A stretch of 64,000 nucleotides of DNA, taken from positions 248,001-312,000 of the IMG/VR virus record IMGVR_UViG_3300036715_004471. The stretch is one strand, 5' to 3'. Below are positions 29,188-39,427 of this stretch, one piece after another. The translations under genes and the position numbers were made by a program. Numbering within the stretch: the first letter of the stretch is position 1; every line of letters starts with the position of its first letter. The notes beneath the pieces are model-generated. The model had not been told where the DNA came from. It saw only the letters and a list, made by a program, of their open reading frames with translations, and ran no database searches.

Positions 29188-29487
29188 TTACTTCTTAATT
29201 TTTTCTTTAATCTGATCACATAAATCATCAATTTGAGCGTGCATTAATCTCAAATGTTGATGTTGCATCAAAGACATTAAGAACAAAAATACTTCGAAGG
29301 AAGTTTGTCTTTTAGAAGGAGGTTTCAAAAAAATGATAATTCCATTATTATCCACCTCAAATAAATCGATAAATAAGTCTTCTCCCTTGTTGGTGCCTAT
29401 TGTATAAGATTTAGCGATCTTCTCATACATTAACCACTCATCCTGGGTCATGTCAACCTTTTTATTATCTATGATTCTAAAAGACAT
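29188..29487 (-). CDS. hypothetical protein
   Basis: 99-aa ORF. Confidence 0.7.
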   Translation of the reverse strand: MSFRIIDNKKVDMTQDEWLMYEKIAKSYTIGTNKGEDLFIDLFEVDNNGIIIFLKPPSKRQTSFEVFLFLMSLMQHQHLRLMHAQIDDLCDQIKEKIKK

Positions 29488-29496
29488 TTTTAACCT

Positions 29497-30333
29497 TTAT
29501 GCTCTGGAGAAACCGCCGCCGCCCGATAAGAAATTCTTTCTGGAACCGGATACTCTATTCTGTAATTGTTGCAATTTTGCTAAATCAGCTTGAGATCCTT
29601 TGCCACCACTCTGTGCCATATTAGCCATTCTTAAAACAGATGCTGGAATTTCATCTTCTCCAGTGAATTCTGAATCAGGAAGCGCCGAATTAATCATATC
29701 GCCGCCGCCAATCATAGCTTGCATTTCTGCAACAGCACTAGGATCTGCTGACTCCATCATTTCTGGAGAAATGATTCCTGCCATTCCAGATTGGTTAACA
29801 ACGGTAGCGCCTTCTCTTCTAATTTGTTGTGCCATAGCCTTAAGATGTTGAGTCTTTTCAGTAACACTCTTGAAACCTTCGATATTTGGCTTAACAGCTT
29901 CGGCTCTACTATAAAATCCATTGGTTTTTTCTTCTGACTGAATTTTTTCAGCTACAATTTCTTGTTCACCAGCCTCAGTAGTTACCTTAACCTTGAATTT
30001 TTTGTTTTTACGTTTTTCAAAATCTTCCGTATCTAAATCAAGACCTTGCTTGAATTTTTCAACGGCTTCTTGTTTTAGAGAATCAAAATATTCTTGAGGA
30101 ATATAAGAAGCTAATTTATCAGAAGTTGTTTTGATGTAATTATGATTGGATAACATCCAATCATCTAATTGGTCCTGATAAGGAGTTAAATCGTCCATAG
30201 TATCACACAATGATGAAAATAATTCTTTCAATTCTTCATCCATTATGAATCTGCCACAGAAGGGGCACGTATTAATATCAATAGCGTGTTTCCATTTTGG
30301 ATCTATTTGCATTTCACAAGATATACACTTCAT
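29497..30333 (-). CDS. hypothetical protein with N-terminal zinc ribbon
   Basis: MKCISC...CPFC. Confidence 0.7.
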   Translation of the reverse strand: MKCISCEMQIDPKWKHAIDINTCPFCGRFIMDEELKELFSSLCDTMDDLTPYQDQLDDWMLSNHNYIKTTSDKLASYIPQEYFDSLKQEAVEKFKQGLDLDTEDFEKRKNKKFKVKVTTEAGEQEIVAEKIQSEEKTNGFYSRAEAVKPNIEGFKSVTEKTQHLKAMAQQIRREGATVVNQSGMAGIISPEMMESADPSAVAEMQAMIGGGDMINSALPDSEFTGEDEIPASVLRMANMAQSGGKGSQADLAKLQQLQNRVSGSRKNFLSGGGGFSRA

Positions 30334-30334
30334 A

Positions 30335-31015
30335 TTAATCCTTAACACTCAATACCTTCTGAGCATGTTTAACTATAGAGAAGAATATATCTCTTTTCTT
30401 ATTTTCCGCACGTGTTTTTATGAATGCAACTTTATCCTGCACCTTTTCTTTCCAAGTTTTCTTAACTGGCGGTGGTGGAGGCGCCTCTAATTGTTTCAAC
30501 AAAGCTTTAGTTATGGCATTGATATTTTGCAAAGCTTCTTGACGATGTTTTTTATTTTCATCCACAGCAATCTCCGTTGCGACAACGTTTCTTTCATAAG
30601 ATACCCCAGTCCTGTTAATACCTGACTGACAAGATCCATTAAATTGCTTAAAATGCTTATCAAGATGAGCTTTGGTATGAGGATTTAATTTGATTTTGTT
30701 TTTTTCTACCTCTTTGCTGGCTTTTTCTCTTACTTCGCGTAAATATTGATTACGAGTTTCCGCCTCATCATTAACAACTGGAACTGTTACATATACAGGC
30801 TCATCAACAGATTCAACACTATTTTCTAAAGCTTCAATATTGTAATCATTAAACTCACTATCATGTCTTTTAGTTACTTCTCTGGCTAGTTCCATTACTT
30901 TCTCTATAGACTCTTCTAACCTAAGAAGTTTGACAGGATCTTCTTCAAATTCAGACGCATCCACTTCAATTACAAATCCATCTTCATCAACACTTAAGAT
31001 TTTCTCATCACTCAT
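30335..31015 (-). CDS. acidic/coiled-coil hypothetical protein
   Basis: 226-aa ORF. Confidence 0.7.
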   Translation of the reverse strand: MSDEKILSVDEDGFVIEVDASEFEEDPVKLLRLEESIEKVMELAREVTKRHDSEFNDYNIEALENSVESVDEPVYVTVPVVNDEAETRNQYLREVREKASKEVEKNKIKLNPHTKAHLDKHFKQFNGSCQSGINRTGVSYERNVVATEIAVDENKKHRQEALQNINAITKALLKQLEAPPPPPVKKTWKEKVQDKVAFIKTRAENKKRDIFFSIVKHAQKVLSVKD

Positions 31016-31026
31016 AAATCTCCCAA

Positions 31027-31926
31027 TTACTTCTTTTTAGAAGGTTTTCTGCCTCTTCTTGCTTTAACCACTTGAGAATGTAATTGATTAGCCACTGTTT
31101 CCATAGCCTTACTGACTGAATCTAATTCTTTTTGTGTTGGCTTAAACGCCCTTCTGGCATCAACTGCTGGAGTTAAAGTTGGTGAAGCAGCGATTGTAGA
31201 AGATATCTTACTTGATACATCTTCTAAATTAAAAATTGGCAGGTCGCCAATAGTATTGTTACTAGAGTCGGTATAGTTTAATTGTGGAGTTAATTCAATT
31301 CTGTTAACAATACCATCGGCACCTGCACTGCTATATGTCTTAATAGAATTATTAAGACTTATCACACCACCTGTAGTGGTTGCAAAAGCAGCTGTTAAAT
31401 CTTTTAGCAAATCTTGCACTTCTATAGTGGGAGCCGTACCATCAGAAAGATGTTGCGCCAGCTCTTGAGTCTCTAATGATTCTGAAGCTTCTGCTAATTT
31501 ATCGAATTCATCATCGTCAGCAATCAGCATTGCTAGCTTAGGCTTCTCTCCTTTAGGTTTTAGGAACTTCTGAAAATGCTTTTGAACATCTTCTGGTTTA
31601 GGTTTGTTCCTAGAATATTTGGGAAGATCATTGACCATTGAATTCAATTTCAAAGAAAAATTAGATAGAATATAAGCGGCAAAGTCTTCTAGAGAAGCGT
31701 TGCTTTTACTAAATTCTACAGTTTTCTTAAGAAATGTAGACATTGCCTCATTAGGTTGGCTGATACTACCTGCCATGTTGCTATCCAAGTTTTCAGATTC
31801 ATCCTGCACAATTATTGTGCCAGAATCAGATTGATAAGCCTTGATTGGTAATTTGCCGTCTTTGAACCACCTATAAGCGGTCAAATAAGAAATGCCCTGC
31901 TTTTTTGCCCAATCTGAAAGTTTCAT
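31027..31926 (-). CDS. MerR-like (IS607 TnpA-type) HTH fused to an unknown region
   Basis: MKLSDWAKKQGISYLTAYRWFKDGKLP...SGTIIV; no serine-recombinase catalytic motif follows. Confidence 0.7.
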   Translation of the reverse strand: MKLSDWAKKQGISYLTAYRWFKDGKLPIKAYQSDSGTIIVQDESENLDSNMAGSISQPNEAMSTFLKKTVEFSKSNASLEDFAAYILSNFSLKLNSMVNDLPKYSRNKPKPEDVQKHFQKFLKPKGEKPKLAMLIADDDEFDKLAEASESLETQELAQHLSDGTAPTIEVQDLLKDLTAAFATTTGGVISLNNSIKTYSSAGADGIVNRIELTPQLNYTDSSNNTIGDLPIFNLEDVSSKISSTIAASPTLTPAVDARRAFKPTQKELDSVSKAMETVANQLHSQVVKARRGRKPSKKK

Positions 31927-32025
31927 AATCTTATTCCTTGTTATGCATATACAGATAATATCATTTATTTCATTTTTTGATTCTTAGCTGCTTTTGCGAT
32001 TCATTTTATTATTGATTACTATCTT

Positions 32026-32033
32026 ATATATCA
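32026..32033 (-). promoter_or_regulatory. TGATATAT putative extended -10 element overlapping the dnaE stop
   Basis: Recurring boundary octamer. Confidence 0.4.
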
Positions 32034-35000
32034 ATCATCTTGCTCTTCTTCAAGATCAATTAACCCCTCATCGTATAAAGAGTCTTCAATTTGTTCGAGT
32101 AAATTGCGAGTTTCGGTAAGTTTAGTGATAGCTTCTTGAACAAGTTTCACTTTCGAATCTTTCAGATTTACCTTTTTGGCTTTAAGGTCATCTGGCAAAC
32201 TTGGAATCATAGAAATATTGAACATATCTTCTAGAATAAGACCCATATCATCTTCATAGTTATTGGTATTTCCGCAAAAACTTAATGCAATACCCACATC
32301 AAATACTGCTTTACTATGAATTTCTTTAAGTCTATTTTGTACAATCTTCCATCTATCAGGAAAAATAGTACAAAAACACTGTTCGCCATAAGCATCTTCG
32401 ACAATTGCTTTGATCATAGATTGACCATAATATTTACTGGTTTCTTTCTTGACTTTGAATTCAAAGAAACTCCTAACCAAAGCTTTGATAGGATACAATC
32501 TGGTTTTGTCTTTTGCTCTTTTAACATCTGCTATTGTCTTATGCTCATCCTTAAAGAACTTGCCATAAGCTTCAGCAGGTTTACAAACGAAAGATTCTCC
32601 CAAATAATACTGTTCCAAAGCATACAACTCTGACAGCTTCCATTCTGCTTCTTTTGGCCAAGGATAAATAAATTCTTCTTTGTTAAGATCATGCTTCTTT
32701 AACCAAACTTGCAATTTCTTTCTATAATCTGAACAATATAGATAAATTGATTTTCTGGAAATTCCGAAATGGTCCATACTACCAGCAGCAGCTAATGCCT
32801 GAATAGCATTTGCTCTAACTTTTCTAGAATCTACTCTAACCATGAAATCGAAAAAGTTATTGAATGGTCTTTTTTCAATAATATCTTTGATTGCATCTTC
32901 GCCAACAAACTTCAAAGCATCCAAACCAGTTAACAACTTATTGTCTTTGGATATGGTGTAACTTAATTGTGATTTGTTAATATCTGGCGGAACAATCTTA
33001 ACATTATGTTGCCTTAACTCCTTCTTGATTTTTTCAATATTAGCCTTAGCATCAGGGGTGTTAGATTTAACTTCTGCCATTAAGTTTGCCATCAAGAACT
33101 CTACTGGATAATGAGCTTTTAAATAAGCTGTCTTATAACTAGTCATAGAATAAAGTACACTGTGGGACATATTAAAACCATAGCCCTGGAACTTATCTAC
33201 AACCTCATCCCAAATCTTCTTAGCGATTTCCTCACTAATATCATTCTTAACTGCATCATTAATGAATTCCAATCTCCATTGTTGAGCCTTTTTGGGATTC
33301 TTTCCTTTTTCTTTCGTTAATTTACGAAGACGATCTGCGGAATGCAAGTTCCAACCGGCAACATCTTGCGCTAAATACATTAAAGATTCTTCATACAAAC
33401 CAAATCCATAAGTATTATTAAACGCTCTTCCTAAGGAAGGGTGCAATAATGCGAATGGCTTTTTACCATCTTTGGTTGCAATAAAATCGCTACGCATATC
33501 TCTTGCAGACGGTCTTGCTAAAGAATTGACATAGCTAATATCATTGACGGATTTTGGTTTGATCTTACGACATAAATCAATAGTACCACCACTGGTACCT
33601 AATTGAAATACACAGAATGTATTTCCATGAGAAATTAAGTCGTAAGACAATTGGTCATATTCTTCATAATTCAAAGGATCTGGTGGGAGAGGCTTGCCAG
33701 ATTCCTTAATTAGTTGTAAGGTTTGTCCAATGATATCTAGAGTCGAAAGACCCAAAGTATCCATTTTAACTAAACCATTTTCTTCTGCTTTATCTTTATC
33801 GTATTCGATAGCCAAAGCACCATCTTTATCTTTTCTTAACGGAACTAATCCTGTCAATGGTCTAGCAGAAATAATAATACCACCAGCATGAGTAGACCAT
33901 GCCCTATATTTGCCACAGATTTCCTTATATCTAATGAATTCAGGATACTTTTTACAATATTCCGTGAACAAAGGTACTTTGTTCAAAGCGTCATCAATAG
34001 AATGAATATCTGCTGGAAGACAATCTGCAACATCATTTCCAATTCTAATAGCCTCCTCACGGGAGCCACCTAATTCACATGATCTTGCAATATCTCTAAC
34101 ATAAACTTTTGGTGTAATGGTATTAACGTTAGAAACGTGAGCTACGCTATCTTCGCCATATTTCTTTTTTAAGTAATCTTGTACTAATGCGCGTCCTGAT
34201 GGAGCAAAATCAGTATCAATATCAGGAAAACTTGATTTTTCTTTATTGTGGAATCTGGCAAAAATCAAGTTATACTTAATTGGATCTGCTTGATGAATTC
34301 CTAACAAGAAGGCAATTAAAGAACCTCCTACTGAACCACGACCTTCACCAACTGCTATATCATGGCGACGTGCCCAATCAATATAATCTGCCACAATTAA
34401 CATATAGCTAGAAAATCCATGATATTCTAGTACGTCCAATTCTTCTGCAATGCGTTTATTGTAAATATCACGTTCTTCGTCAGAAAGAATATTAACTCTA
34501 GAATCAAACTTAATTTCGCACCTATAACGAAGAAATAATTTGTCTTCATCTAGTTTTTGTAATTCTTCTGGCAGTTTAGATGCCCAAGTACGAAAAACTA
34601 AATAATCAACCTCATCTTTAACAGGGAAAATTGGCAATTCTTTTCCAGAAGGATTAGAGTATTTTGGATCTATCCAATTGGGGAATTCGCATAGAGAAGC
34701 AAAATGTACACTGTTGGCACAAACTTGTTCAGCAAATTCTTCACCGAAATTTCTAGAAAAGAAGTTTTTTACTTCATCACCAGACTTGAGATAAAAATCT
34801 GGAACATTATATTTAAGCCTGAAATTAGAATATGCCGGCTGATGCGATCCAATTGCTAAGAAAACATCATGGATATCATGATCTTCTTTCTTAAGGTAAT
34901 GAGCATTACAAGCAGCAACTAAACGAATATTATATTTCTTACCTAATTCAATTAATCTACGATTAAGGAATCTTTGATCAATTTTATCAGAATAGAAATT

Positions 35001-35546
35001 AGAACCTCGATCCATATTGTTTGGCAGAATTTCAATTCCTAAATTGTCTCCAAATATATCTTTTAGTTTGAGAAGAGTTTTTTCTGCCTCATCAAACTTA
35101 CCGTTGGTCAACAATTGTGAAACAATACCATTACCGCAAGCGGTCAAACAAATTAGACCTTCGCCGTAAGTCTCTAATAGTTTCCAGTCAACCACAGGAT
35201 AAACTCTTTTACCTAAAAAAGCACCTTGGTCGAAACCTTTTTTATTGATTGTTAATAGATTTTTGTAACCTATTGCATTCTTTGCCAATAAAATTACATG
35301 GCGGAATTTATCTTCCACATTATCAGAAGAATTTTGAAAATAGCATTCACACCCCATGATTAACTTAATCCCTGTTTCTTTGGAAGCCTTCAGAGCGTCC
35401 CATGCAGAAGCAAGTGTACCGTGATCTGTGATTGCAATCGCTGATTGCCCAAGCTCTTTAGCTCTTAAAAAGAGCTCCTTGGGAGAAATAAGAGAATCTA
35501 GAATAGAAAAATACGTTTGATTGTGTAACGATACAAAATCAGTCAT
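32031..35546 (-). CDS. dnaE: DNA polymerase III alpha subunit (family C)
   Basis: PHP (LHNQ, ITDHG, GCE), GRGSVGGSL, PDIDTDF, KMDTLGL, YGFNMSHS, C-terminal OB; no intein. Confidence 0.96.
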   Translation of the reverse strand: MTDFVSLHNQTYFSILDSLISPKELFLRAKELGQSAIAITDHGTLASAWDALKASKETGIKLIMGCECYFQNSSDNVEDKFRHVILLAKNAIGYKNLLTINKKGFDQGAFLGKRVYPVVDWKLLETYGEGLICLTACGNGIVSQLLTNGKFDEAEKTLLKLKDIFGDNLGIEILPNNMDRGSNFYSDKIDQRFLNRRLIELGKKYNIRLVAACNAHYLKKEDHDIHDVFLAIGSHQPAYSNFRLKYNVPDFYLKSGDEVKNFFSRNFGEEFAEQVCANSVHFASLCEFPNWIDPKYSNPSGKELPIFPVKDEVDYLVFRTWASKLPEELQKLDEDKLFLRYRCEIKFDSRVNILSDEERDIYNKRIAEELDVLEYHGFSSYMLIVADYIDWARRHDIAVGEGRGSVGGSLIAFLLGIHQADPIKYNLIFARFHNKEKSSFPDIDTDFAPSGRALVQDYLKKKYGEDSVAHVSNVNTITPKVYVRDIARSCELGGSREEAIRIGNDVADCLPADIHSIDDALNKVPLFTEYCKKYPEFIRYKEICGKYRAWSTHAGGIIISARPLTGLVPLRKDKDGALAIEYDKDKAEENGLVKMDTLGLSTLDIIGQTLQLIKESGKPLPPDPLNYEEYDQLSYDLISHGNTFCVFQLGTSGGTIDLCRKIKPKSVNDISYVNSLARPSARDMRSDFIATKDGKKPFALLHPSLGRAFNNTYGFGLYEESLMYLAQDVAGWNLHSADRLRKLTKEKGKNPKKAQQWRLEFINDAVKNDISEEIAKKIWDEVVDKFQGYGFNMSHSVLYSMTSYKTAYLKAHYPVEFLMANLMAEVKSNTPDAKANIEKIKKELRQHNVKIVPPDINKSQLSYTISKDNKLLTGLDALKFVGEDAIKDIIEKRPFNNFFDFMVRVDSRKVRANAIQALAAAGSMDHFGISRKSIYLYCSDYRKKLQVWLKKHDLNKEEFIYPWPKEAEWKLSELYALEQYYLGESFVCKPAEAYGKFFKDEHKTIADVKRAKDKTRLYPIKALVRSFFEFKVKKETSKYYGQSMIKAIVEDAYGEQCFCTIFPDRWKIVQNRLKEIHSKAVFDVGIALSFCGNTNNYEDDMGLILEDMFNISMIPSLPDDLKAKKVNLKDSKVKLVQEAITKLTETRNLLEQIEDSLYDEGLIDLEEEQDD

Positions 35547-35606
35547 GACTTATCCTTGTTAAGGTATTATGACAATAATACACATCAGGCTTATGTAAAA
35601 GCACTT

Positions 35607-35625
35607 TGCCCTAATAAATAGGGCA
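35607..35625 (-). terminator. short hairpin upstream of dnaE (possible terminator or processing site)
   Basis: TGCCCTA-TTTAT-TAGGGCA; U-tract weak and displaced. Confidence 0.35.
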
Positions 35626-35661
35626 CGTGTGTTTGTCAGGGAATACCGGTGAAAATGAAAC

Positions 35662-36327
35662 TTACCCGCACAGTATAGATTTTAGACTTTTTTCGTCAAG
35701 GTCATCGCCATTTTCGAAAATATAGTCAATGTTTTTAAATTGCGCTTTCCAAAATTCTTTATTTTCAGATTTTTTAGTTAGAATCTCTTTCAAATCTGAA
35801 AAGTAAAGTCTTTTCTTTTGGAAAAGAGCATGAGAAACTAAAACAACTGCTTCCCAATGTTGTTGAACCTCATAATGAGTTTCTTTAATTAACTTTTTTT
35901 TGAGATTATATCTTTTTCTGCCTGGTGTTGCTAATTGTTTAATCAACGCCGCAGCAGCCATAGTATCACTTGATGATCCATTTTTCCAAAATCCGGGAAA
36001 TTTATCGGATCCTGAAACATTTTTAAAATGATACTTTTCGGCAATCAAACCTGCGTAATTAACACAGATATCTGATTTCATTAATTGTTTTGATAGCTCA
36101 GAATCTTCTACTTCCATGGCTATTGGATAGTTAAAATGTGTAAAACCACATATTCTTTTTGATTTCTTATCTTCAAAAATATGCACCATATTAACCTTCA
36201 TATAGTGCAATAGCCCATAAATCGTATGACCAGCCTCATGATAAGCGGTAGATATCAATTCATGTGTGTGAGTGACTTTCTTTCTAATATTTTCTATGGA
36301 TCCTGAGCTATTAGCAGTCATATTCAC
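35662..36327 (-). CDS. stand-alone M41 (FtsH-protease-like) zinc metallopeptidase domain
   Basis: TAYHEAGH (HEXXH), YAGLIAE, GSSSD (cf. FtsH GASND). Confidence 0.75.
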   Translation of the reverse strand: MNMTANSSGSIENIRKKVTHTHELISTAYHEAGHTIYGLLHYMKVNMVHIFEDKKSKRICGFTHFNYPIAMEVEDSELSKQLMKSDICVNYAGLIAEKYHFKNVSGSDKFPGFWKNGSSSDTMAAAALIKQLATPGRKRYNLKKKLIKETHYEVQQHWEAVVLVSHALFQKKRLYFSDLKEILTKKSENKEFWKAQFKNIDYIFENGDDLDEKSLKSILCG

Positions 36328-36602
36328 CCTATTGTTTGAAGTAATGCCTCAAGATCATTAAGTTTTTGGTCGCATTCCGCAGCCTTACACTTTACTTGAA
36401 GTCGGTCCGAGCCGATCGGACCCGTCACTATAAAGTCCGAATTATCGGCATATAGGATTCCAGCTTTAGTAAAATGTTGATGCTCGTTGAATCCAACCTT
36501 GACCAACCCCGCCAAATGTACTTTGGTTAAGGGTTGGTCAGTCTTAAAGATTATTGACATTCTTCCACAACAGGATTGAATAGTAAACTTTTCAACCTTC
36601 AT
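36324..36602 (-). CDS. hypothetical protein
   Basis: 92 aa, Cys-containing, ATGA overlap. Confidence 0.65.
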   Translation of the reverse strand: MKVEKFTIQSCCGRMSIIFKTDQPLTKVHLAGLVKVGFNEHQHFTKAGILYADNSDFIVTGPIGSDRLQVKCKAAECDQKLNDLEALLQTIG

Positions 36603-36605
36603 GAA

Positions 36606-36851
36606 TTAATCCCAACTTATATACAATGTATCACATACAAAAGTAATTTTATAACCTTTAGATTCAAAATGATTCCGAATGGCTTTAAGATTATTCTTTA
36701 TGGTATGAGTAGATGATTTGTCTTCTAGTTTTTTTATTCCTTTATTAGAAAGATGTTCTATTTTCCTTTCTAAGTTATTAATAACTTTATTAGGTTGAGA
36801 GTTTTCTTCATTTATTTTATCGTCTATTTTTTTATTATCAGAGGCTGTCAT
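36606..36851 (-). CDS. hypothetical protein
   Basis: Start MTASD just after the endonuclease stop. Confidence 0.6.
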   Translation of the reverse strand: MTASDNKKIDDKINEENSQPNKVINNLERKIEHLSNKGIKKLEDKSSTHTIKNNLKAIRNHFESKGYKITFVCDTLYISWD

Positions 36852-36855
36852 ATAA

Positions 36856-37773
36856 TTATTCTTTCTTATTAAAATCAGATTCCCATATTGAAACGATATT
36901 ATACTTGGCATTTTTTAATGCCAACTCTCTGTCTACTGTTTTTTTATATAAACTACCAAAAGTTTTTTTAACTGTAAGATTCATTTTTTGTGAATCATAT
37001 TTTTTAGGATTACCATGCCAATAATCTCCATAAAACTCATAAATAGTATTAGTATTAAAGTCAAAAGCATCTACTATATAATTTTTACCATTAATCTTGA
37101 TAGTTTTATGTCTGAATTCTTCAGGAACAGATAAACTATCTAACCATTTAATTTCTGCTTTAGATATTAAATGGTTACATGTCGGGCAACCTTGTCCACA
37201 TAAATGTTTTACTGGTTGTTGCGAAAACAAACCATGTTTTTTACATGCGATCAATACTTTATCAAAAGAATTAGAATAAACAACCTTAGAGTAATCATAT
37301 TTATTATCATGAATGACAGATGCTTGATCAATAAATTCCTTAGTACTTTTAGATAACTTATTTTTTATTGATTGTATTGCGCAAGTAAAACATCCTTTAC
37401 CAAGAAGATGATTTTGTGGTGTTTGATTAAACTCGCCATGAATTAAACAAATTATTATTATTTTAGTATGATTATTTTTGTAATTGACTTTAGAATAATC
37501 ATATTTTTTATCATGCACTATTATGGATTGATCTACAAAATTTTTAAAACCTAATGATCTTGTAGTATTGCTACTTAATTTACCACATTTTGGACAACCT
37601 TGTCCACATAAATGATTGGTTGGAGATTGTTCGAATATACCATGTATATTACATATAATACTAACCTTAGTATGAGAATCTTTAAATACAACTTTTGTAT
37701 AATTAAAAGTATTTCCGTGTTTTAATTGGGCTTTTTTAATAAAACGTAACTCTTTAGTATCTATTTTAGACAT
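36856..37773 (-). CDS. free-standing homing-type endonuclease (three zinc repeats plus Vsr-like domain)
   Basis: Same architecture as 15830-16732; YEFYGDYWHGNP...SIWESDF. Confidence 0.78.
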   Translation of the reverse strand: MSKIDTKELRFIKKAQLKHGNTFNYTKVVFKDSHTKVSIICNIHGIFEQSPTNHLCGQGCPKCGKLSSNTTRSLGFKNFVDQSIIVHDKKYDYSKVNYKNNHTKIIIICLIHGEFNQTPQNHLLGKGCFTCAIQSIKNKLSKSTKEFIDQASVIHDNKYDYSKVVYSNSFDKVLIACKKHGLFSQQPVKHLCGQGCPTCNHLISKAEIKWLDSLSVPEEFRHKTIKINGKNYIVDAFDFNTNTIYEFYGDYWHGNPKKYDSQKMNLTVKKTFGSLYKKTVDRELALKNAKYNIVSIWESDFNKKE

Positions 37774-37808
37774 AATTAAAATATGTAATTATTAATAGAT
37801 ACTAAAGA
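37751..37808 (-). promoter_or_regulatory. 15-bp perfect inverted repeat enclosing the endonuclease start codon
   Basis: Arms 37751-37765 (tctttagtatctatt) and 37794-37808 (aatagatactaaaga); ATG 37773 lies in the 28-nt loop. Confidence 0.75.
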
Positions 37809-37814
37809 TGTTAT

Positions 37815-38141
37815 TTACTTATCTGAAATGTCCACACCCTTACCTTCAAGTAAAAATAATGCATACTTGATTTTTGCCATCTGAACTTTAGCAGCATCAC
37901 GATAAGGGGCTTCTAATTCCTTCTTGATTTCCTTAGCAGCATTTAACTTAATGTCGCCTTCTTTTTCTTTTTCTATTGTATAAATATTGCCTTCACAAGT
38001 CACAATGATCTTTTTCAATGATTCTGGACTGGCTGCATCAGCGGAATCTTTAAACTCAGGTATATCTTTAATTACCTTAGCCCACTTCTCTGGAAAAGCA
38101 AACATCTCATTATCGGCGCTATCATTTTGTTTCTTACTCAT
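37815..38141 (-). CDS. hypothetical helical protein
   Basis: 108-aa ORF. Confidence 0.7.
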   Translation of the reverse strand: MSKKQNDSADNEMFAFPEKWAKVIKDIPEFKDSADAASPESLKKIIVTCEGNIYTIEKEKEGDIKLNAAKEIKKELEAPYRDAAKVQMAKIKYALFLLEGKGVDISDK

Positions 38142-38152
38142 TTTATTCTTCC

Positions 38153-39400
38153 TTATTCAACAATATTAATCTTCTTAGCGATGAAATCCAATGCGTATTC
38201 ATCTTTGATTCTAGAGAATAGAATTTGTAAATAACCAGTTCTATTCATCTCTTTAATTGCATTATCTACTGAATCTTTTGTTTGAGTTTTCATTAAATTC
38301 TGTTTGATGACTTCAAACACTTCTTGATCTGTAATTTGTGCATCTAGTTCAGATTCTCTTACTTTATCCAAGATAAGAGCCAATTTTACATTTTTTTCTG
38401 CAATTTCAATGTATCTTTGTTTATCTTCTTCTGCCATGGCGTCCCAATCAGCCTTAGCATTATGTACTAAGTATTGAGCCTCTGACAAACTTAACCAATT
38501 TGGAACAGTGAAGTTATTATCAGCTACCAAACGAGCAGAAATAGCCTCTATGATTTGCATTTTGAAATTATTTGTCATTCTAGTCATTGACATACCATTG
38601 ACATGCTCTCTTAATTCTGCAAAATCTTTCTTGCCTAATTTGTGCGCCAGAGTATCATCTAATGGACACGGCTCCGTTTTTGAACCCATATTCAAAGTGA
38701 CTTTGAAATGAAGAGTCTTGCCAGCTAAAGATGGTAAACCATGTTCTGGAACTACCAAATCAAATTCTCTAGTTTCTCCCAATGTCATACCAACCAAACT
38801 GTCATCAAAATTCATTAATTGGCTGCGACCAACAGTTAACATCTCACCTTCGGCGGAAAGATTGTTAATCTTTTTTCCGTCGAGAGTTCCCTCATAGTCT
38901 ATAATGATATTGTCGCCAGGTTGAACCGTGTCACTTTCGGTATATGGAGAGACTTCACCAAACTTAACTCTAAGTTCTTGAAGTAACTTTTCGGCAAAAT
39001 CAACTTCTGTAGTATCAGAGTGTGGTTTTGGAATATCCATTCCCACATAAGAAGCTAATGTAAAATCTGGCTTAACATGAATTTCAAATTCACATGTGAA
39101 TTTGCCATCTGCCATCAAAACAGACTTAAACAGAGGGGCGCCGTGTGGTCTTAATTTCTTTTCGAAAATGGTATTGTGATACGCATCTTCTGCTAAACCT
39201 CTTTTTAGAGACTCTTCTATTTGGGATCTATAATGCATCTTAATAGCATCTAAAGATCCTTTACCGGGTCTAAATCCGGGAACAGGAGCTTTCTTAAAAG
39301 CTTGTAGAACTTGACCACGTTTGTCTAGAATTTCTCCAGCATCAGCCACATATTGTATGCTTAACTTGCATGACTCTAGCTCTTTAACTTCGATTTCCAT
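38153..39400 (-). CDS. tig: trigger factor
   Basis: Ribosome-binding loop VPGFRPGK, FKBP-like domain (GDNIIIDYEG), C-terminal domain; AGAGGA before ATG 39400. Confidence 0.92.
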   Translation of the reverse strand: MEIEVKELESCKLSIQYVADAGEILDKRGQVLQAFKKAPVPGFRPGKGSLDAIKMHYRSQIEESLKRGLAEDAYHNTIFEKKLRPHGAPLFKSVLMADGKFTCEFEIHVKPDFTLASYVGMDIPKPHSDTTEVDFAEKLLQELRVKFGEVSPYTESDTVQPGDNIIIDYEGTLDGKKINNLSAEGEMLTVGRSQLMNFDDSLVGMTLGETREFDLVVPEHGLPSLAGKTLHFKVTLNMGSKTEPCPLDDTLAHKLGKKDFAELREHVNGMSMTRMTNNFKMQIIEAISARLVADNNFTVPNWLSLSEAQYLVHNAKADWDAMAEEDKQRYIEIAEKNVKLALILDKVRESELDAQITDQEVFEVIKQNLMKTQTKDSVDNAIKEMNRTGYLQILFSRIKDEYALDFIAKKINIVE

Positions 39401-39427
39401 ATTTCCTCTTACCAAAATGTCTTTAAC

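Noticed and set aside
31027-31926. Active IS607 element
   Set aside because: Only the HTH is present; no catalytic domain, TnpB or ends.
32031-32800. DnaE apparently lacking a canonical QL[S/D]LF beta-clamp motif
   Set aside because: Degenerate candidates exist (LQVWL, QIEDSLY) and clamp genes may lie outside the window; cannot be judged by eye.
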